64,000 nucleotides of DNA from Eledone cirrhosa (lineage: Eukaryota), in the NCBI GenBank assembly GCA_964016885.1, contig OZ024745.1, positions 22,568,001 through 22,632,000 of the forward strand, given 5' to 3'. Positions 1 through 13,412 of this stretch are shown here, piece by piece; the first letter of the stretch is position 1, and each line of letters starts with the position of its first letter. Below the pieces are notes generated by a model. The model was not told where the DNA came from and made no database searches. It saw only the letters and a list, made by a program, of their open reading frames with translations. The position numbers and the translations under genes were made by a program.

Positions 1-202
1 ATATATATATATACACATACATACAAATATATATATACATACATACAAATATATATATACATACATACAAATATATATACACATTTACTTGTACGAATTC
101 ACACCTATATGTACATTTATATTTATATACATATGTGCATGCGTGTGGGTGGGCAGTTAGCTAACTAGCTAGCTAGCTAGCTGGCTAGATAGATAGATAT
201 AT

Positions 203-287
<85 letters not shown>

Positions 288-290
288 TCT

Positions 291-465
291 TTCTTTATTT
301 GCCACAGGGGCGTACAAAAATGGGACATTACAAGACGTGACCCCGGGGGTTTTACATAAAAATAACTTTAACATTAATAAATAATAATAAACTATATATA
401 ATTAAATAACAATTGAAATCCCCAATAGGGGGGACCGTTACTGCAGGGTTGTTTTACACCCCGTG
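291..465 (-). mobile_element. 3' end (3' UTR) of a Tx1-clade LINE related to the copy at 49370-52545
   Basis: Reverse complement reads TTGTAATGTCCCATTTTTGTACGCCCCTGTGGCAAATAAAGAA, matching the LINE terminus at 52490-52535 and 52575-52620. It runs into a (TC)n/(TATC)n array on the minus strand. Confidence 0.75.
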
Positions 466-488
466 GATACAACAACTTCTTACTTTCT

Positions 489-544
<56 letters not shown>

Positions 545-609
545 GTATATAACATGTAAGCATGCTAAATTTGTACTTATTTCCCTTTACATAGAAAATA
601 TTATAAATA

Positions 610-653
610 TCTTAAATCGATTTTCGAAACTTTGGTACTGTCTCATCAGAACA
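610..653 (-). ncRNA. Minimal type-I hammerhead ribozyme motif (partly degenerate)
   Basis: Minus strand: tgtt-CTGATGA-gacagtaccaaagtttc-GAAA-atcgat-TT-aaga; palindromic stem III AATCGATT. Confidence 0.65.
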
Positions 654-675
654 TGTGTATATTATCTCAACAAAC

Positions 676-737
676 ATAACTGATGATCTCATATACCCTC
701 TCATATATAGTAGTATTACTGAAATTGACATACTTAT
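676..737 (+). ncRNA. Degenerate hammerhead-like motif
   Basis: ataa-CTGATGA(680-686)...GAAA(721-724)-ttgaca-TA-cttat; stems imperfect. Confidence 0.4.
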
Positions 738-782
738 TTGCATATTACTAACGCCCATGTCTTTAATTTATATATATATATT

Positions 783-806
<24 letters not shown>

Positions 807-818
<12 letters not shown>

Positions 819-1283
819 ACAGGAGCCTGGACTGGTGTAAATCCTTGAAAGGTTTATTATACTATGATCATTTCAATGACCGGGTTCCATATGAATCCGG
901 TGATATCATCAGTTATTCGAAATATAACAAATGAATATATAAAAACCATGGGTCCGAAAAAACAGAGACAGAGAGAACACTGACCAACTAGCTGTCTTCA
1001 CCTCGGCCAGTCGCCCTTTGTTATATTTGAATACCTGATGATATCACCGGATTCATATGGAACCCGGTCATTGAAATGATCATAGTATAATAAACCTTTC
1101 AAGGATTTACACCAGTCCAGCCTCCTGTTATTTTTATTTATAATTAACTCCGTACTCGTACCACCAACTACACAAACGAAGACGAGTGAACTGCACTACG
1201 TTGAGTACTCTCCACAATATTACACCAAGATTGACCATACGGAATGACCAATTCTAACCAGTGGTGAACCAACAAACCTAAAG
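807..1283 (+). mobile_element. PLE pseudo-LTR-like unit with inverted partial copy, two HHRs
   Basis: Inverted arms about 807-931 and 1017-1141. Plus HHR at 1031-1088, minus copy at about 857-916; AATAAA follows the HHR. Flanked by (TA)n; homologous to 19792-20150. Confidence 0.75.
1031..1088 (+). ncRNA. Type-I hammerhead ribozyme
   Basis: atac-CTGATGA-tatc ACCGG...CCGGT catt-GAAA-tgatca-TA-gtat. Stem I atac/gtat; palindromic stem III ATGATCAT. Confidence 0.85.
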
Positions 1284-1444
1284 AAATATATATATATATA
1301 TATTAGAAAAGAGAAGTAAGGTTCTATACAAAACAGTGGATATAGAAGAAATTTTACTCCAACATTTGATTTTAATTTTAAATCTTTAATTTATAGTTTT
1401 TAACTCCTATTAATTCTTTTTTTATTTTTTATTTCAATACTCAA

Positions 1445-1488
1445 CATTTGATAAGATGAATTTTAATAATACTTCGAAACCGGTAATA
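1445..1488 (+). ncRNA. Hammerhead-like motif with U3-A8 core variant
   Basis: cat-TTGATAA-gatg...cttc-GAAA-ccgg-TA-at; palindromic stem III ACCGGT. Confidence 0.5.
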
Positions 1489-1676
1489 CTTTATATACTT
1501 TATATACTTTATATACATTATAAAACTTTTTTTAAAAAACAATTGTCTCTCTCATTTTTTCAAGAATGTTATCTTTTCAATAATGTCATTTTGACGAATG
1601 AAAGAAAGGATAAAAGAAAAAACAGACCCTTAAATATATTTTCCGTGCTATTTCCAACTTCACCTTTTCTCTCCCC

Positions 1677-1744
<68 letters not shown>

Positions 1745-2989
1745 GACATTGTTTGTTCAGCAAACGAAGTAGACGATAAATGTGTATATAAATTTATCCA
1801 TTGAGTCTATTGGCACGTTTCGAAAATTTAAATAATTTGCCATTCCCTGTTCTTCTGATCTGTTTGTGTAATAAACTACTCTCCCTCTCTCTCTCTCTCT
1901 CTCTCTCCGTCTCTCTCTCTCTCTCTCTCTCGCTATCTCTCTCCCGCTATCTCTCTATCTATCTCACTCTCTTCCTGTAATAAACACATGCCGTGCTTAG
2001 TAATAACTCCCATTATTCTGAAAGATTTATCAAAACGCGATACTGTCATATTGTCTTTCACGAAATATACTCGTAAGATTCAGTCTTAATTTTTCGAATA
2101 TTCAAACATTTTTGAATACTTTAAATATTTATCAAAGAAACTGTAAATTACTCAATAAGAAATAAATTTAGGTTCATAGTATTAGTGACATTAATAATAC
2201 TGTGTAATTATTGAGAAATATTGGCATGAAAGTTTTTCTAAAAAATTGGTAACTATAAATATTAATTTTTATTCGTGTTATCCATAACAACAGCACCCTT
2301 TAATCTTTCTTTAGTCTTTCCTTGCCATCTCTAATAATTTTGAGAACAAATTTCCATCCTCTTCTCTCTTCAAATGTTAATATTATCGCGATTTCTTTGT
2401 GTGTCCTTTGAAAGTAAAATGGTAAAATGAAATTGGACATTTGAGGAAAGTTGTATTACTCTTAAGGTATTTTGTAGAAGAGTGTGCTGTAAATGAATGG
2501 ACTTGCATACCCTGTGGCACGATCATATCGAGAATTGACGATGTTAAGTAAAATATAAACAACACAAAAAAAAATACACATCTAGAGTTTTTCTCTTGGG
2601 GACATAAAAGAAAGCTCCTTCGCTAAAGCAATTCAGGTAATATTCTAAACTTTGTTGAAAAGCAATCACCAAGTACGTAGATCATATGCAAAATAATATG
2701 ACATAATCTGCTATATATTTACAAGTTTATGTAACCAATTATAAAATAGAAATTGATTATGTTCTTTAACACTGTGCCAGGAAGAATCTGTTTCACACAT
2801 CACTGCAACCCCATAACATTAAAGTAGTTACATAAACTAGTTGTACAATCAGTCAAATTTACATGTGATATAACTTTAAGAGTGAAGAGGCGCGTGGTTT
2901 ATCTGTTATAGAACTGGATTTGCAATCGTGTGGTTGCGAGTTTGATTCTTAGATTGAGCAAGACACATTGTTTTACGTTACTCTTTCTG

Positions 2990-3115
2990 CCAGGAGTTGT
3001 GAAAGGTATATAGTATCAGCAATGGAAAGACCAATGGAAACATTGTCTCCTTGGTCCAGTTTGATGAGAGCCACCACACTGGTCAAATGAACGAGGTCTG
3101 CGATCTTGTCGATCG
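2990..3115 (-). pseudogene. Coding-derived fragment, paralogous to 26495-26619; identity uncertain
   Basis: IDKIADLVHLTSVVALIKLDQGDNVSIGLSIADTIYLSQLL aligns with IDKIPDVHRLQNVVKFVKLDQENNFSISLS/NADTIYWSQHL, with several synonymous differences. Confidence 0.5.
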
Positions 3116-3414
3116 ACTTTCTTCCTTCCTTCATAACATTAAAGCAAAATAACGAGAGGGAAGTAGCGGTAAGGGAATTTAACTTTAAGACAAAGGATTT
3201 CAATAAAATTGATTAAAGGATAACATACAACCAAGGAAAGGAGAAACAATCAACATACATGTTGTCGTTTACTACATTTCGGTCCCTGCAATTAACCCAT
3301 CTGGATGGTTGTAGCTGAAGTGGACCTGCTAACCAACTTCAAACTGGTAAAACACAAGGTACCTAGCCCTCAGTAATGTCTTGTTGTGCCCTTTCACCTT
3401 GTCTTGTCTTGCGG

Positions 3415-3730
3415 TGTGTTTTCGCTGGAAGACCCTTTTATCGGTACCCCTTTACACAAGATACCTTTCTTACCGTCTGTCGTGACTTGGGTTTTCACTG
3501 AAGGTTCCTTTTATCTGTAGCTCCTTATACAAGATATCTTTCTTACCCCTGTCTTGTGTTAGGCTTTCGCTGGAGGATCCCTTTTGCCTGTACCTCTTAA
3601 CACAATGTACCTTACCCCTGACTTGTCATGGGTTTTCGCTGCAGGACCCCTTTTATCTGTACCGTTTAACACAAGATACTCTTCCCCAGTTTATCTTGGG
3701 CTTTCGCTGGATTGTTTCTTTCATCTGTAC
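3415..3730. repeat. Degenerate minisatellite, about 70-bp unit, 4-4.5 copies
   Basis: Recurring TTTTCGCTGG...CCTTTTATCTGTAC...ACACAAGATA at about 3419, 3492, 3564, 3634 and 3702. Confidence 0.75.
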
Positions 3731-3815
3731 CTCTGCAACAGAGTAGACTCCGCTCAAAATACCAACTACAAGATAGTTGTACTCAACCGAACCACGACAG
3801 ATAACCACATAATTT

Positions 3816-3884
<69 letters not shown>

Positions 3885-4082
3885 CAAGAAGGTTTATAAG
3901 CGGTACAGGGTAGGGGAGAGAGCCTGTGATGACACTGGGTAGATGAAGTATTTATATATAGTTTGACGTCATCGACAGAGGAAGAGATATCACGTTGAGA
4001 TAACTGTCATATATATATAAACACACAGTTATACACATATATATCAACACACAGACACCCATATATATATACCCGTATATAT

Positions 4083-4149
<67 letters not shown>

Positions 4150-4547
4150 GGCCTTCCGATTTCATTTTACATTATATACATGTCTGTGTATATTTTAATT
4201 ATTTAAAAATTATTTTTAAATGAACTTAATAACAACTACAATAATAGCAATAACAACACCACCACCATAACTAAGTACAACAATAACTACAAGTGAGCCA
4301 CTGCGAGGTCGCTTGACATACTAGAAATAGTAAACAAATATCTCTCAATCATTCCTTACTCTTGTGAAAAATACTTTGAATAATATGGTTCTAGGCCCCT
4401 TATTAATATGGTAAAGTTAGGATGGTCACAGATAGAATGTTTTTAAATCATAGGTCTACTGTGAGAAGATGAAAGGCAAGCGCTTAAACATGATACTATG
4501 ATTTTTTTTTAAAAACTGATTCACTGGTACTTGATCTTTTCTACATC

Positions 4548-4900
4548 TTTCCGTGAGAACAAGCTAGTTCCAGAAAACCCTTTCCAACCCTACTGTATTC
4601 TTGTATGCCTCAGTCTCAAACAATTCTTGCAATCCTTTATCCTGAGAATGAGAAAATTTGTTATACAATTATGTCCACATTTATCATACAAAATTTAAAA
4701 CCGAAAATCAAATGATACTAAATTTTTTATAAAGTTTCTTTCTATGAGAAAAAGCTAGTTACATAAAACCCTTTCCAACTCAATTTCATTCTTGTAATCC
4801 ACACTTTCAAACAATCTTCGCAACCCTTTATCCAAAGAATGATAATGTTCCTGATACACCTATGTCTACATTTATCATACTGGTTTTAATCTACAAAATT
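4548..4900. repeat. Diverged tandem duplication of about 190 bp
   Basis: TGAGAAxAAGCTAGTTxCAxAAAACCCTTTCCAAC...ATGTCxACATTTATCATAC occurs at about 4555-4690 and 4745-4880. Confidence 0.75.
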
Positions 4901-5377
4901 CCAAACCAAAATAAAATGTTTCAAATCTTGCCAGATTTCAAGTCCTTGAAATTAACGCGGCCATCATCCTTTTCTCCCCGAATAAATGAAAAAGTAAGAA
5001 AAAGAAACACTGCTCCAGCTGCCTTACAAAATATAAATGAAAATATTCTATGGAAATCTAACACACACACATGAACTACCAGTAAACACATTATTTTGCA
5101 AGACGAAAATGAGTATTATGATATCATGTAGAAGCTCTGTTAAAAATTATTATATCAGTTATTGAGTAGAAAGCTTCATGGCATGCTAGAAATGCGTCTA
5201 TAATTCCAATTGTTGTGGGTACAACGGAAATAATACATTATCACTTTTGTAAAGACTTCAGTCGATTACCGACTAGTAAAGACATAGTCACGTTCCAGGA
5301 AATACAACACAAGGATTTATAAGTATTGTTAGAACACTCTCACAAAGCATTCGGTAACCTTGAACATTTTCAATAAT

Positions 5378-5905
5378 AATTGTTTCTACTTTAGGCACAA
5401 GGCCAACAATTTGAAGGGGAGGGGAAAGTCGATTGAATTGACCCCAGTGCGTTACTGGTACTAAGGCAAAGCTAATGTCAGAGTGATTTGAACTCAGAAC
5501 GTAAAGGGTCGTAACTCTATGTTACAAAACATAATAAGAATAATATCGATGAATTGGAAGTGTTGGTAGAGTGCCGGACATGATGCTTCTTGGCATAGAG
5601 TTACGGCCCTTTAAGTTCTGATTTCAAATCCTGCCAAGTTTAGCTTTACCTTTCATACTTACGGGGGTCGATAAATAAAGTACCAGTAACGTACTGGAAT
5701 CAATTTAGTCGACTTTCCCCTTCCCCCAAAATTACTGGCCTTGTGCCTCATGCTTTGACGCATAGAGTTACGGCCCTTGCCATTCTGAGTTCAAATCCTG
5801 CCGAGGTTAACTTTGCCTTTCATCCTTACGGGGTCGATAAAATAAAGTACCAGTAATACACTGGGATAATTGCTGGCCTTGTGCCAAAAGTAGAAATAAT
5901 TATTA
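5378..5905. mobile_element. Cluster of three tRNA-SINE family A (octopus OK-like) copies: 5378-5522 (-), 5548-5748 (+), 5749-5905 (+)
   Basis: B-box GAGTTCAAATCC; body AACTTTGCCTTTCATCC..GGGGTCGATAAAATAAAGTACCAG; tail GGCCTTGTGCCAAAAGTAGAAA + (ATT)n. Confidence 0.8.
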
Positions 5906-6189
5906 TTATTTTTATGCAGAAAACAATACTTTAGAGAAGAAGTAAATACTCTGCCGAACGTACTGTCTATCTGATATGGTGTCAATTAAATGGGCCAGTG
6001 TTAATAAGAACCTCACTGTGAAATAAATATAATTAAAAAAATATTATATATTTTATTGGCCACATGGACAGAAGACATAGGGGCAAATATGTGTGGTCTA
6101 CATGGAGTGGAGTTGACATGAACTAAAGGAAAGGGACCAACACCGATGGTAAAACAGTAGATAAGGAGATGTTTCTCAGCCTAATGAGA

Positions 6190-6452
6190 GTTGTTGTTGC
6201 TGTGTAACAGCTCACACCTATGCAGGTTTAGCTGGCCTCCTCCAAGGTTGTATCTCGTTGGAGGTGTCTTGGGTGATTCAATGATAGGGACCGCAGTCCC
6301 TATCATCTCATTTCTACAGCTGAGTAAACTGGAGCAACCTGAAATAAAAAGTGTCTTGCTCAAGGAAACAACACATCACCCGATCCGAGAATTGAACTCA
6401 CAAGCTTTCGATTGCAAGCCCAATGCTCTAACTACTAATACATGCGCCTTCC
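6190..6452 (-). mobile_element. tRNA-SINE family B (CORE-like, octopus OR-type)
   Basis: Plus strand CAGCTGAGTAAACTGGAGCAAC..GAAATAAAAAGTGTCTTGCTCAAGG is the reverse complement of CORE-like CTTGAGCAAGACACTT; tRNA-like head at right end. Confidence 0.7.
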
Positions 6453-6469
6453 CAGAGTGAATAAGAGTA

Positions 6470-6715
6470 GTTAGCAATGACATAAAAATGGAGTTTGGTG
6501 CTTCCTAATTGGAATAGAATCAAAATGACGGGATGGGTTTACCACCGAAAGGAAAAGAAGATATTGAAATTCAAAGTCAATGGCATAAATAAAAACAATG
6601 TCACGAACTCAAGAGCAGTATCCATGATCACATATAGACCAGGAATAATAAAATCGAGAAAAAGCAGAACATGGGCAGTTGATTACGTGAAAATGAGTGG
6701 GAGGGGAGGACCCAT
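6470..6715 (+). mobile_element. Decayed R4/Dong-clade non-LTR RT fragments
   Basis: SNDIKMEFG; KILKFKVNGINKNNVTNSRAVSMITYRPGIIK; ...GRG resemble R4/Dong motifs FSNDIxMEFG, KILKSKLNxxNKIxAINxxAVPVIxYSAGII and EGGRG. Confidence 0.55.
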
Positions 6716-7043
6716 GTATCTGGCTTCGAATTAGTATCTGGTGAAAGATTGAGGGACAATAAGTTACACCATTTTCGAAAATGGAGGAGAAAAAATACAT
6801 ATCTTTAGATGTTTACAAATGTGGGATGAATTTATATTAACAGAATTTTCCTTTATATATGGGTAGTCCCCTTAATACTATCTTTTGTATTTCGTGTATA
6901 CGCGGGTTTCCTGGAATTTGAGATAAGTAATCATTAGCCGCTTTAGGTATCATTCCTAGAGCGCGCACAACCACTGGTATTAGCTCTCAACTTCTACATT
7001 TTTGCAATCTCTACTTCCAGGTGTTTATATTTGCATAATTGTT

Positions 7044-7172
7044 TTATGTTTTTACGGAGACATTCTTATTTATAGGAGCAGCCATGTCAATTAGCAGGCA
7101 TACATTCTGTTGAAATTCCTTCACTATTATATCAGGCCTATTTGCCTCTATTTTCCTATCTGCCGGGACTGC
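7044..7172 (-). mobile_element. R4/Dong-like restriction-like endonuclease fragment
   Basis: DRKIEANRPDIIVKEFQQNVCLLIDMAAPINKNV contains the RPD..D RLE motif. Confidence 0.75.
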
Positions 7173-7571
7173 TAAAATAGCTCTGCTCGATCCTAATTGA
7201 CCCTGATATATACAACAACTGTATCGAATTAATAAGATAGCTTTTAGCTCATCTCTAAACCTACAAGATTTATCAACCAAAACTTAAATAACACTCCAGC
7301 GATTAAAAAAATAATAGAAAAGACACATTGAATAAAGAAGTCCTGGATACACATTACTGAACCAGTATAGAAAAACCAAACCAAATGCCGATGCTCCTGC
7401 TAACATATTTATAAACATCTGACCATATGTTTGAAGTGCTGGTCTCAACAGTAATGAGAAGGTGGGTGGCCGTCAAGGCTAGTAAAAGGAACAATCAAAG
7501 GCAATATTCGATCAGTTACTCTCTACATGGTAGGTTTTCTTTCAACCGGAGCAGAGTGATGGAGTTACTTA

Positions 7572-7958
7572 GTAGCAACAACAACAACAACAACAACAGC
7601 AGCAGCAGCAGCAACAACAACAACAACAACAGCAACAACAGCAACAACAGCAGTAACAGCAACAGCAGCAACAGCAACAACAACAGCAACAACGACAGCA
7701 ACAACAATAACAGCAGCAACAACAACAGCAACAGCAGCAACAACAACAACAGCAACAACAGCAACAGCAGCAACAGCAACAACAACAGCAGCAACAACAA
7801 CAACAGCAGCAACAGCAACAGCAACAACAGCAGCAGCAACAACAGCAGCAACAACAACAGCAACAACAACAGCAACAGCAGCAACAACAACAACAGCAGC
7901 AACAGCTACATCAGCAGTAACAGCAGTAACAGCAGCAACAACTACTACAACTGCAACA
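7572..7958. repeat. (CAA/CAG)n compound trinucleotide repeat
   Basis: Directly visible. Confidence 0.95.
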
Positions 7959-8360
7959 AAAGTTCTACCATATTACGCTCGCTAACACCAACAACAAGAT
8001 TAGTAAAAGCAACAAACGCAGCACCAAAGACATCAGTTTGACCCCATGTTTGTTGTTGCAAGCTTTGCAGCTTTAACTATCTAAATACACACGTTGTTTT
8101 CCTAACACAGCTGTCTACCATTTTGTTTTCATGTCTTTCCATATAACGTCTCTCCTCTCGAAACCTTACAACATTGCTCTTGCACTTTCTTCTGTCTCTC
8201 TCTCTCTCACTCTATCTATCTATCTATCCTTATCTCTATCTATCTATCTATCGTTGTCTCTATCTATCTATCGTTGTCTCTATCTCTCTCTCTCTCTCTC
8301 TTTGTCTCTGTCTCTCTGTCTCCCCCTCTCTCTCTATCTATATATTTATCTATCTATCTT

Positions 8361-8429
<69 letters not shown>

Positions 8430-8827
8430 TTGTCTCTATCTCTCTCATTCCTCTCTCTCATTCGCTGTCTCTCTCTGTCTGTCTCTTTCTCTCTCCCCCT
8501 CTCTCCGCCGTTCCCTCTCCGCCTCTTTCTAACTTTCTCACTCTTTCTCTTTCTTTCTTTCCTTTTTTCCTTTTCCTATCATTTGCTGTTTCTCTATATT
8601 TTCGTACTTTTGTATATATAGACATACCACAGATGTCTGCGAGTGTGTTTGTCTGTGCGTGCATGTGTATATGTGTGTGTGCCTGTATGTGTATGGCTGT
8701 GTCTATGTGTATATATGTGTATATATATGTATTTGTATGAGTGTGTGTATGTGTGTGCGTGCGTTTGTGTGTGTGTGGTTGTCTGTCTGTATGTGTGCCT
8801 GTACGTGCGTTTGTGTGTTTGTGTCTC

Positions 8828-8979
<152 letters not shown>

Positions 8980-9116
8980 TGTGTATGTGTGTGTGTTTTG
9001 TTTTCTTTTCTTTCACTCGTAAGAAATATTAAGTCAAAACTTCCGCTACAGAGAAAGTTTCATAATCTCTCTCTCTCTCTTTCTCTCTCCATGTCTTTCT
9101 ATCATTTTGAATTACT

Positions 9117-9155
<39 letters not shown>

Positions 9156-9199
9156 AATACAATATAAGAATACAATTGTGAGCGCTTCTGTACATAGTT

Positions 9200-9272
9200 G
9201 TATACTTATGAAGAATACGGAAAGTTGACTGGAGCAAAGATCAACACGAACAAGTCGGCGGGTTTGCAGCTG
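9200..9272 (+). mobile_element. Short internal Tx1 RT fragment
   Basis: EEYGKLTGAKINTNKSAGLQL matches EEYEKFTGAKLNRDKSIGLQL in the LINE at about 50900-50965. Confidence 0.7.
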
Positions 9273-9280
9273 TGTCTGTG

Positions 9281-9345
<65 letters not shown>

Positions 9346-9606
9346 TATATGTTGGTTGTTTACCGACACCTGAGTATGCAGGTTGGAGCACTCGACGAAG
9401 TACGCAGGTTGGTTTATTTACTCCGGAGTAATGTAAAATAATTAAGTCAAATATGTAAATTTTGGCTTCGTTTGTTATAAATTAAAAATTACTGCTATAT
9501 ATATTTCGGTGACAGCCATCATTTTTTTGAAGTAAGTTTTACTCCGTCAATACATCGATATGTCCAGCTCCTAGGTATGTTGCTATCCCTCCAAGGAACT
9601 GGAATC

Positions 9607-9655
<49 letters not shown>

Positions 9656-9783
9656 CAAATAATCACGCTGCTTATCCGTGGAGGATAAACCGGTTTAAGC
9701 AATCCAAAATCACTTCATGTCAGTTGTGCATCCTTAGCTATATGTTGCTGATTAGGTGCGGCTGAGTTCCCATTTATGATATA

Positions 9784-10715
9784 CTAGCTGTGGTACCCGG
9801 CGTTGCACGGGATAAGGTATTTTGGAACGCGGGCCGCCAACAGACCTAATCGTGGAAAAACTACATGCCTGGACAATATGTAAAGAAAATAAACCGAATA
9901 CTCTGATGGCTGGATAATCTTTAAGATTTTCCTCGATGAAGCAGGAAAAATGCAGGTTTTCACCTAATGCGGGCCCTAGGGGATCAAGAAAATGAATTTT
10001 TTTTATCTGCATAATATGCTTTGAAATTTCGGGAAAATCGGCTGGACGTAACGCCTCCAAAAAGCCCTAAAAAGATGAAAAAATGAAGTGTTTCACCTAA
10101 TGCAGGTCCTAGGCCATAAAAAGTAGGATTTTTTTTGCTCACGGTATGAAGAAAAGACTGACTAATACATAGTTACAATTTCAAGAAAATCGGTCTGACG
10201 TAACGACTCAAAAAAACCCTCAAAAGCTTTAAAACGCAGTTTTTCACCCAATGCGGGCCCTAGGAGATCAAAATGTTGAATTATTTTATGTGCATAACAC
10301 CCCCTGAAACATAAGTAATACACATGCAAAGTTTGAAAAATATCGGTTGGGTACTTCTCGAGTTTTAGTGATTCAAACTCACAGACACACACGCACACAC
10401 ACACACAGGCAGACATCCTCAGGGAAGTGACGTAATGCAGACAGCCAGACATACAGACAGATATTATAAAGGCGCGACGTTATATGTATGTATCTATCTA
10501 AAAAGAGAAAGACTAAGAATTATAGAGAGAGATCGCTAAATCGCCTAATTCGAGGGCATTGAAAATTTGAAATTCTTTTTTGCTCAGAACACTCCCTGAA
10601 ACATAAGTATTACATGTGTAAAGTTTGAAAACAGTCGGTTGGGTGGTTCTCGAGTTTTAGGGATTCAAACTCACACACACACACAGACAGACATCCTCAG
10701 TTTTATATATATAGA
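9784..10715 (-). mobile_element. Non-autonomous Helitron (Lep1-like architecture)
   Basis: On the minus strand: A^TC 5' end at 10715, 3' hairpin CCCG-TGCAACGC-CGGG, then CTAG^T at 9784. Sub-terminal (CAGA)/(CA) repeat and internal duplications. Confidence 0.8.
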
Positions 10716-10768
10716 TTGTTTTATTCCATTATATATATTTCAATAACGTGGTTATGTAATGGTTATAT

Positions 10769-10800
10769 CATTAACGGTTTTCATGTGACATCATCAGATC
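10769..10800 (-). ncRNA. Minimal hammerhead motif
   Basis: Minus strand: gat-CTGATGA-tgtcacat-GAAA-accgt-TA-atg. Confidence 0.5.
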
Positions 10801-11070
10801 CATACAATTATAAACTGTCAATATGCAATTATGCAGATATACCACCGGTAATGTATTACCATCTCCGTGTTATAGGTATTTAGATTTAAACTCTATATAT
10901 AACAGTTACCATGAAAATACGTATAATAGCAATTGTGTAAGAAATATATGAGGCAAATTCTAACATACGGATTTCTACTTCATTGTTTTACTAATATTCC
11001 GGAGTACATAGACCTAAATGTTTACATTGTCGAGTGCTCTATCCGTACACTAAATATACAAATATACCAA

Positions 11071-11104
<34 letters not shown>

Positions 11105-11297
11105 CCAAAGATTTATATGGTTCGTTGATTACTCAACGAATACAATTTTACAATAGATTAGAAGCACTCGACTGTACAATTTTCCTGGAATATTTAATAT
11201 TATTCAAAATATTAATAAATGAAAAAAAATATATATATATATATATTTATGTGTGTGTGTATCAATGCGTGTGTGTGTATGTATGAATACATTTATA

Positions 11298-11378
<81 letters not shown>

Positions 11379-12031
11379 GTGTGTGTAGAGATATATGTGT
11401 ATATATGTATACACATACACAGTAGTATAGCCATAATTCCTACCAGCTACACCCTCACCTTTGTCTGTATACACCACCTTCTAATTCGCCTCACCTTTAC
11501 AGCTACACTACTGTAATACTAATCTAATCACACCTCTTACTTCACGAGCACACCTGCACTCATTCCTCTCTGTTCACACCCGTCTCATCGCTGCCAACAT
11601 TCGTGTACACGCATTTCTCTACCAGTTTAACATCATCCCTCTATCACCCCCTCTTCTACAATCATCCCTTTTTAAACTGCGCACATCACGTCGCCTGCCC
11701 ACCCACCCACCCCTCCCGACTCTCTCTATCTCTCTCTCCCCCTGTTTATCCCTCCCCGACTCTCTCTCTCTCACACACACACACTCTCTCCCCCCTCTCT
11801 CTCTCTCTCTCTCTCACACTCTCTCTTTCTCCACACATACACACACCTCTTCGTTTCCGTCTCGATTGCGTGATCCAGTATGTCTACCTAAATTTAGAAA
11901 CAAGATTTGTTTACATCTAATACGGAAGGCTTGTATCTCACTGACAATGTAGTGTACACGTATATGTGTGTATATTTATATATTCATATACATATATATA
12001 TACATACACATATTATATATATATATATGCA

Positions 12032-12075
<44 letters not shown>

Positions 12076-12140
12076 TGCATTAATATATATATATATGCAT
12101 ATTATATATATATATGCATATTATATATATATATGCATAT

Positions 12141-12246
<106 letters not shown>

Positions 12247-12711
12247 TCTGTGTGTGTGTATGTGTGTGTACGTATGTATATATGTATGTATATATGTAAT
12301 ATATATATATATATTGTATACGTGTGTGTATACGTGTATGTATGTATGTTTGTGTGTATATATGTATAGGGTTCTGTGTATGGATGGGTATCTGTATGTA
12401 TATGTGCGTATGTATAGGGTGGTATATATATGCCGATATATGTGCATACGTATTTGGTTGTATGAATGTGTGTGTATATGTTCATATGTATAGGGTGGTA
12501 TATATGTATGTGTGTATATGTTCATATGTATAGGGTGGTATATATGTAAATGTGTATATGTCCATATATATAGGGTCGGATTATGCGTGTGTGTGTGTAT
12601 GTGTTTGTATATGTATATATGTGTCGGGTTGTATGCGTGTGTATATGTATATATGTGTAGGGTTGTATGTGTAAGGTTATATGCATATGTATATGTATCG
12701 ATGTGGATTCA

Positions 12712-13412
12712 GCACAGCCGAGTTCTTAAGAAGTTTTGCATAATTAGGTCCTCGATTCGATCTCACAGCGTGCCATCTTTACCGAGTGTCATTTATCTCA
12801 GCCTTGGGTGACCACGTATGTGAAATTGACTGGAAATTGTTTACTAGCCCATTAGTGTTGACTGAATCTATAATTCAAAGGAGCAGCCTTGTCACACTGC
12901 ATGGCCACTCAATTTTTCTGAAAAATTATATTAAGGGTACACGTGTCTATGGAATGCTCAGCCACTTACATGTTAATTTCATGAGAAGGTTGGTACCGTG
13001 GTCGAACAGCTGGAACTCTCATCGTCGAAGCCGACGGAGGTCCATCCCTGTATCTTATCTATGTGTACACAGGCAAGCTTGAATGGTTAAGAGGTTCGCT
13101 TCGCAATCACAAGGTTCCGAGTTCGATCTTATGTCATCTTTTCTAAAGTCTGTCTCGAACTCGGAGGCTCATTATCACGGATTCCTTGGTGTTGAGTGAT
13201 TAAGAGTAAATGACTGCCCCCTGGGCAGGACGCCAGTCTATCGCCGGGTTAAACTCCCAGCTATTGCTGGTACTCATTTTGTGCTGAGTATACTGGAGCA
13301 TCGTGAAATGAATTGTTTTGCTCAAGAACACAACACACGACTCAGTCCAATAACTGAACCCAAGACATTATGATGGTAAGTTCAACGCTCTTAACACTTG
13401 GCCACGCACCCC
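12712..13412. mobile_element. SINE cluster: diverged plus-strand SINE (about 12712-13040) and family B SINE on minus (about 13150-13412)
   Basis: tRNA-like heads; GGCAGGACGCCAGTCTATCGC..GGTACTCATTTT..CTGAGTATACTGGAGC..TTGCTCAAGAACACAAC shared with 45185-45415 and 54820-55090. Confidence 0.65.
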
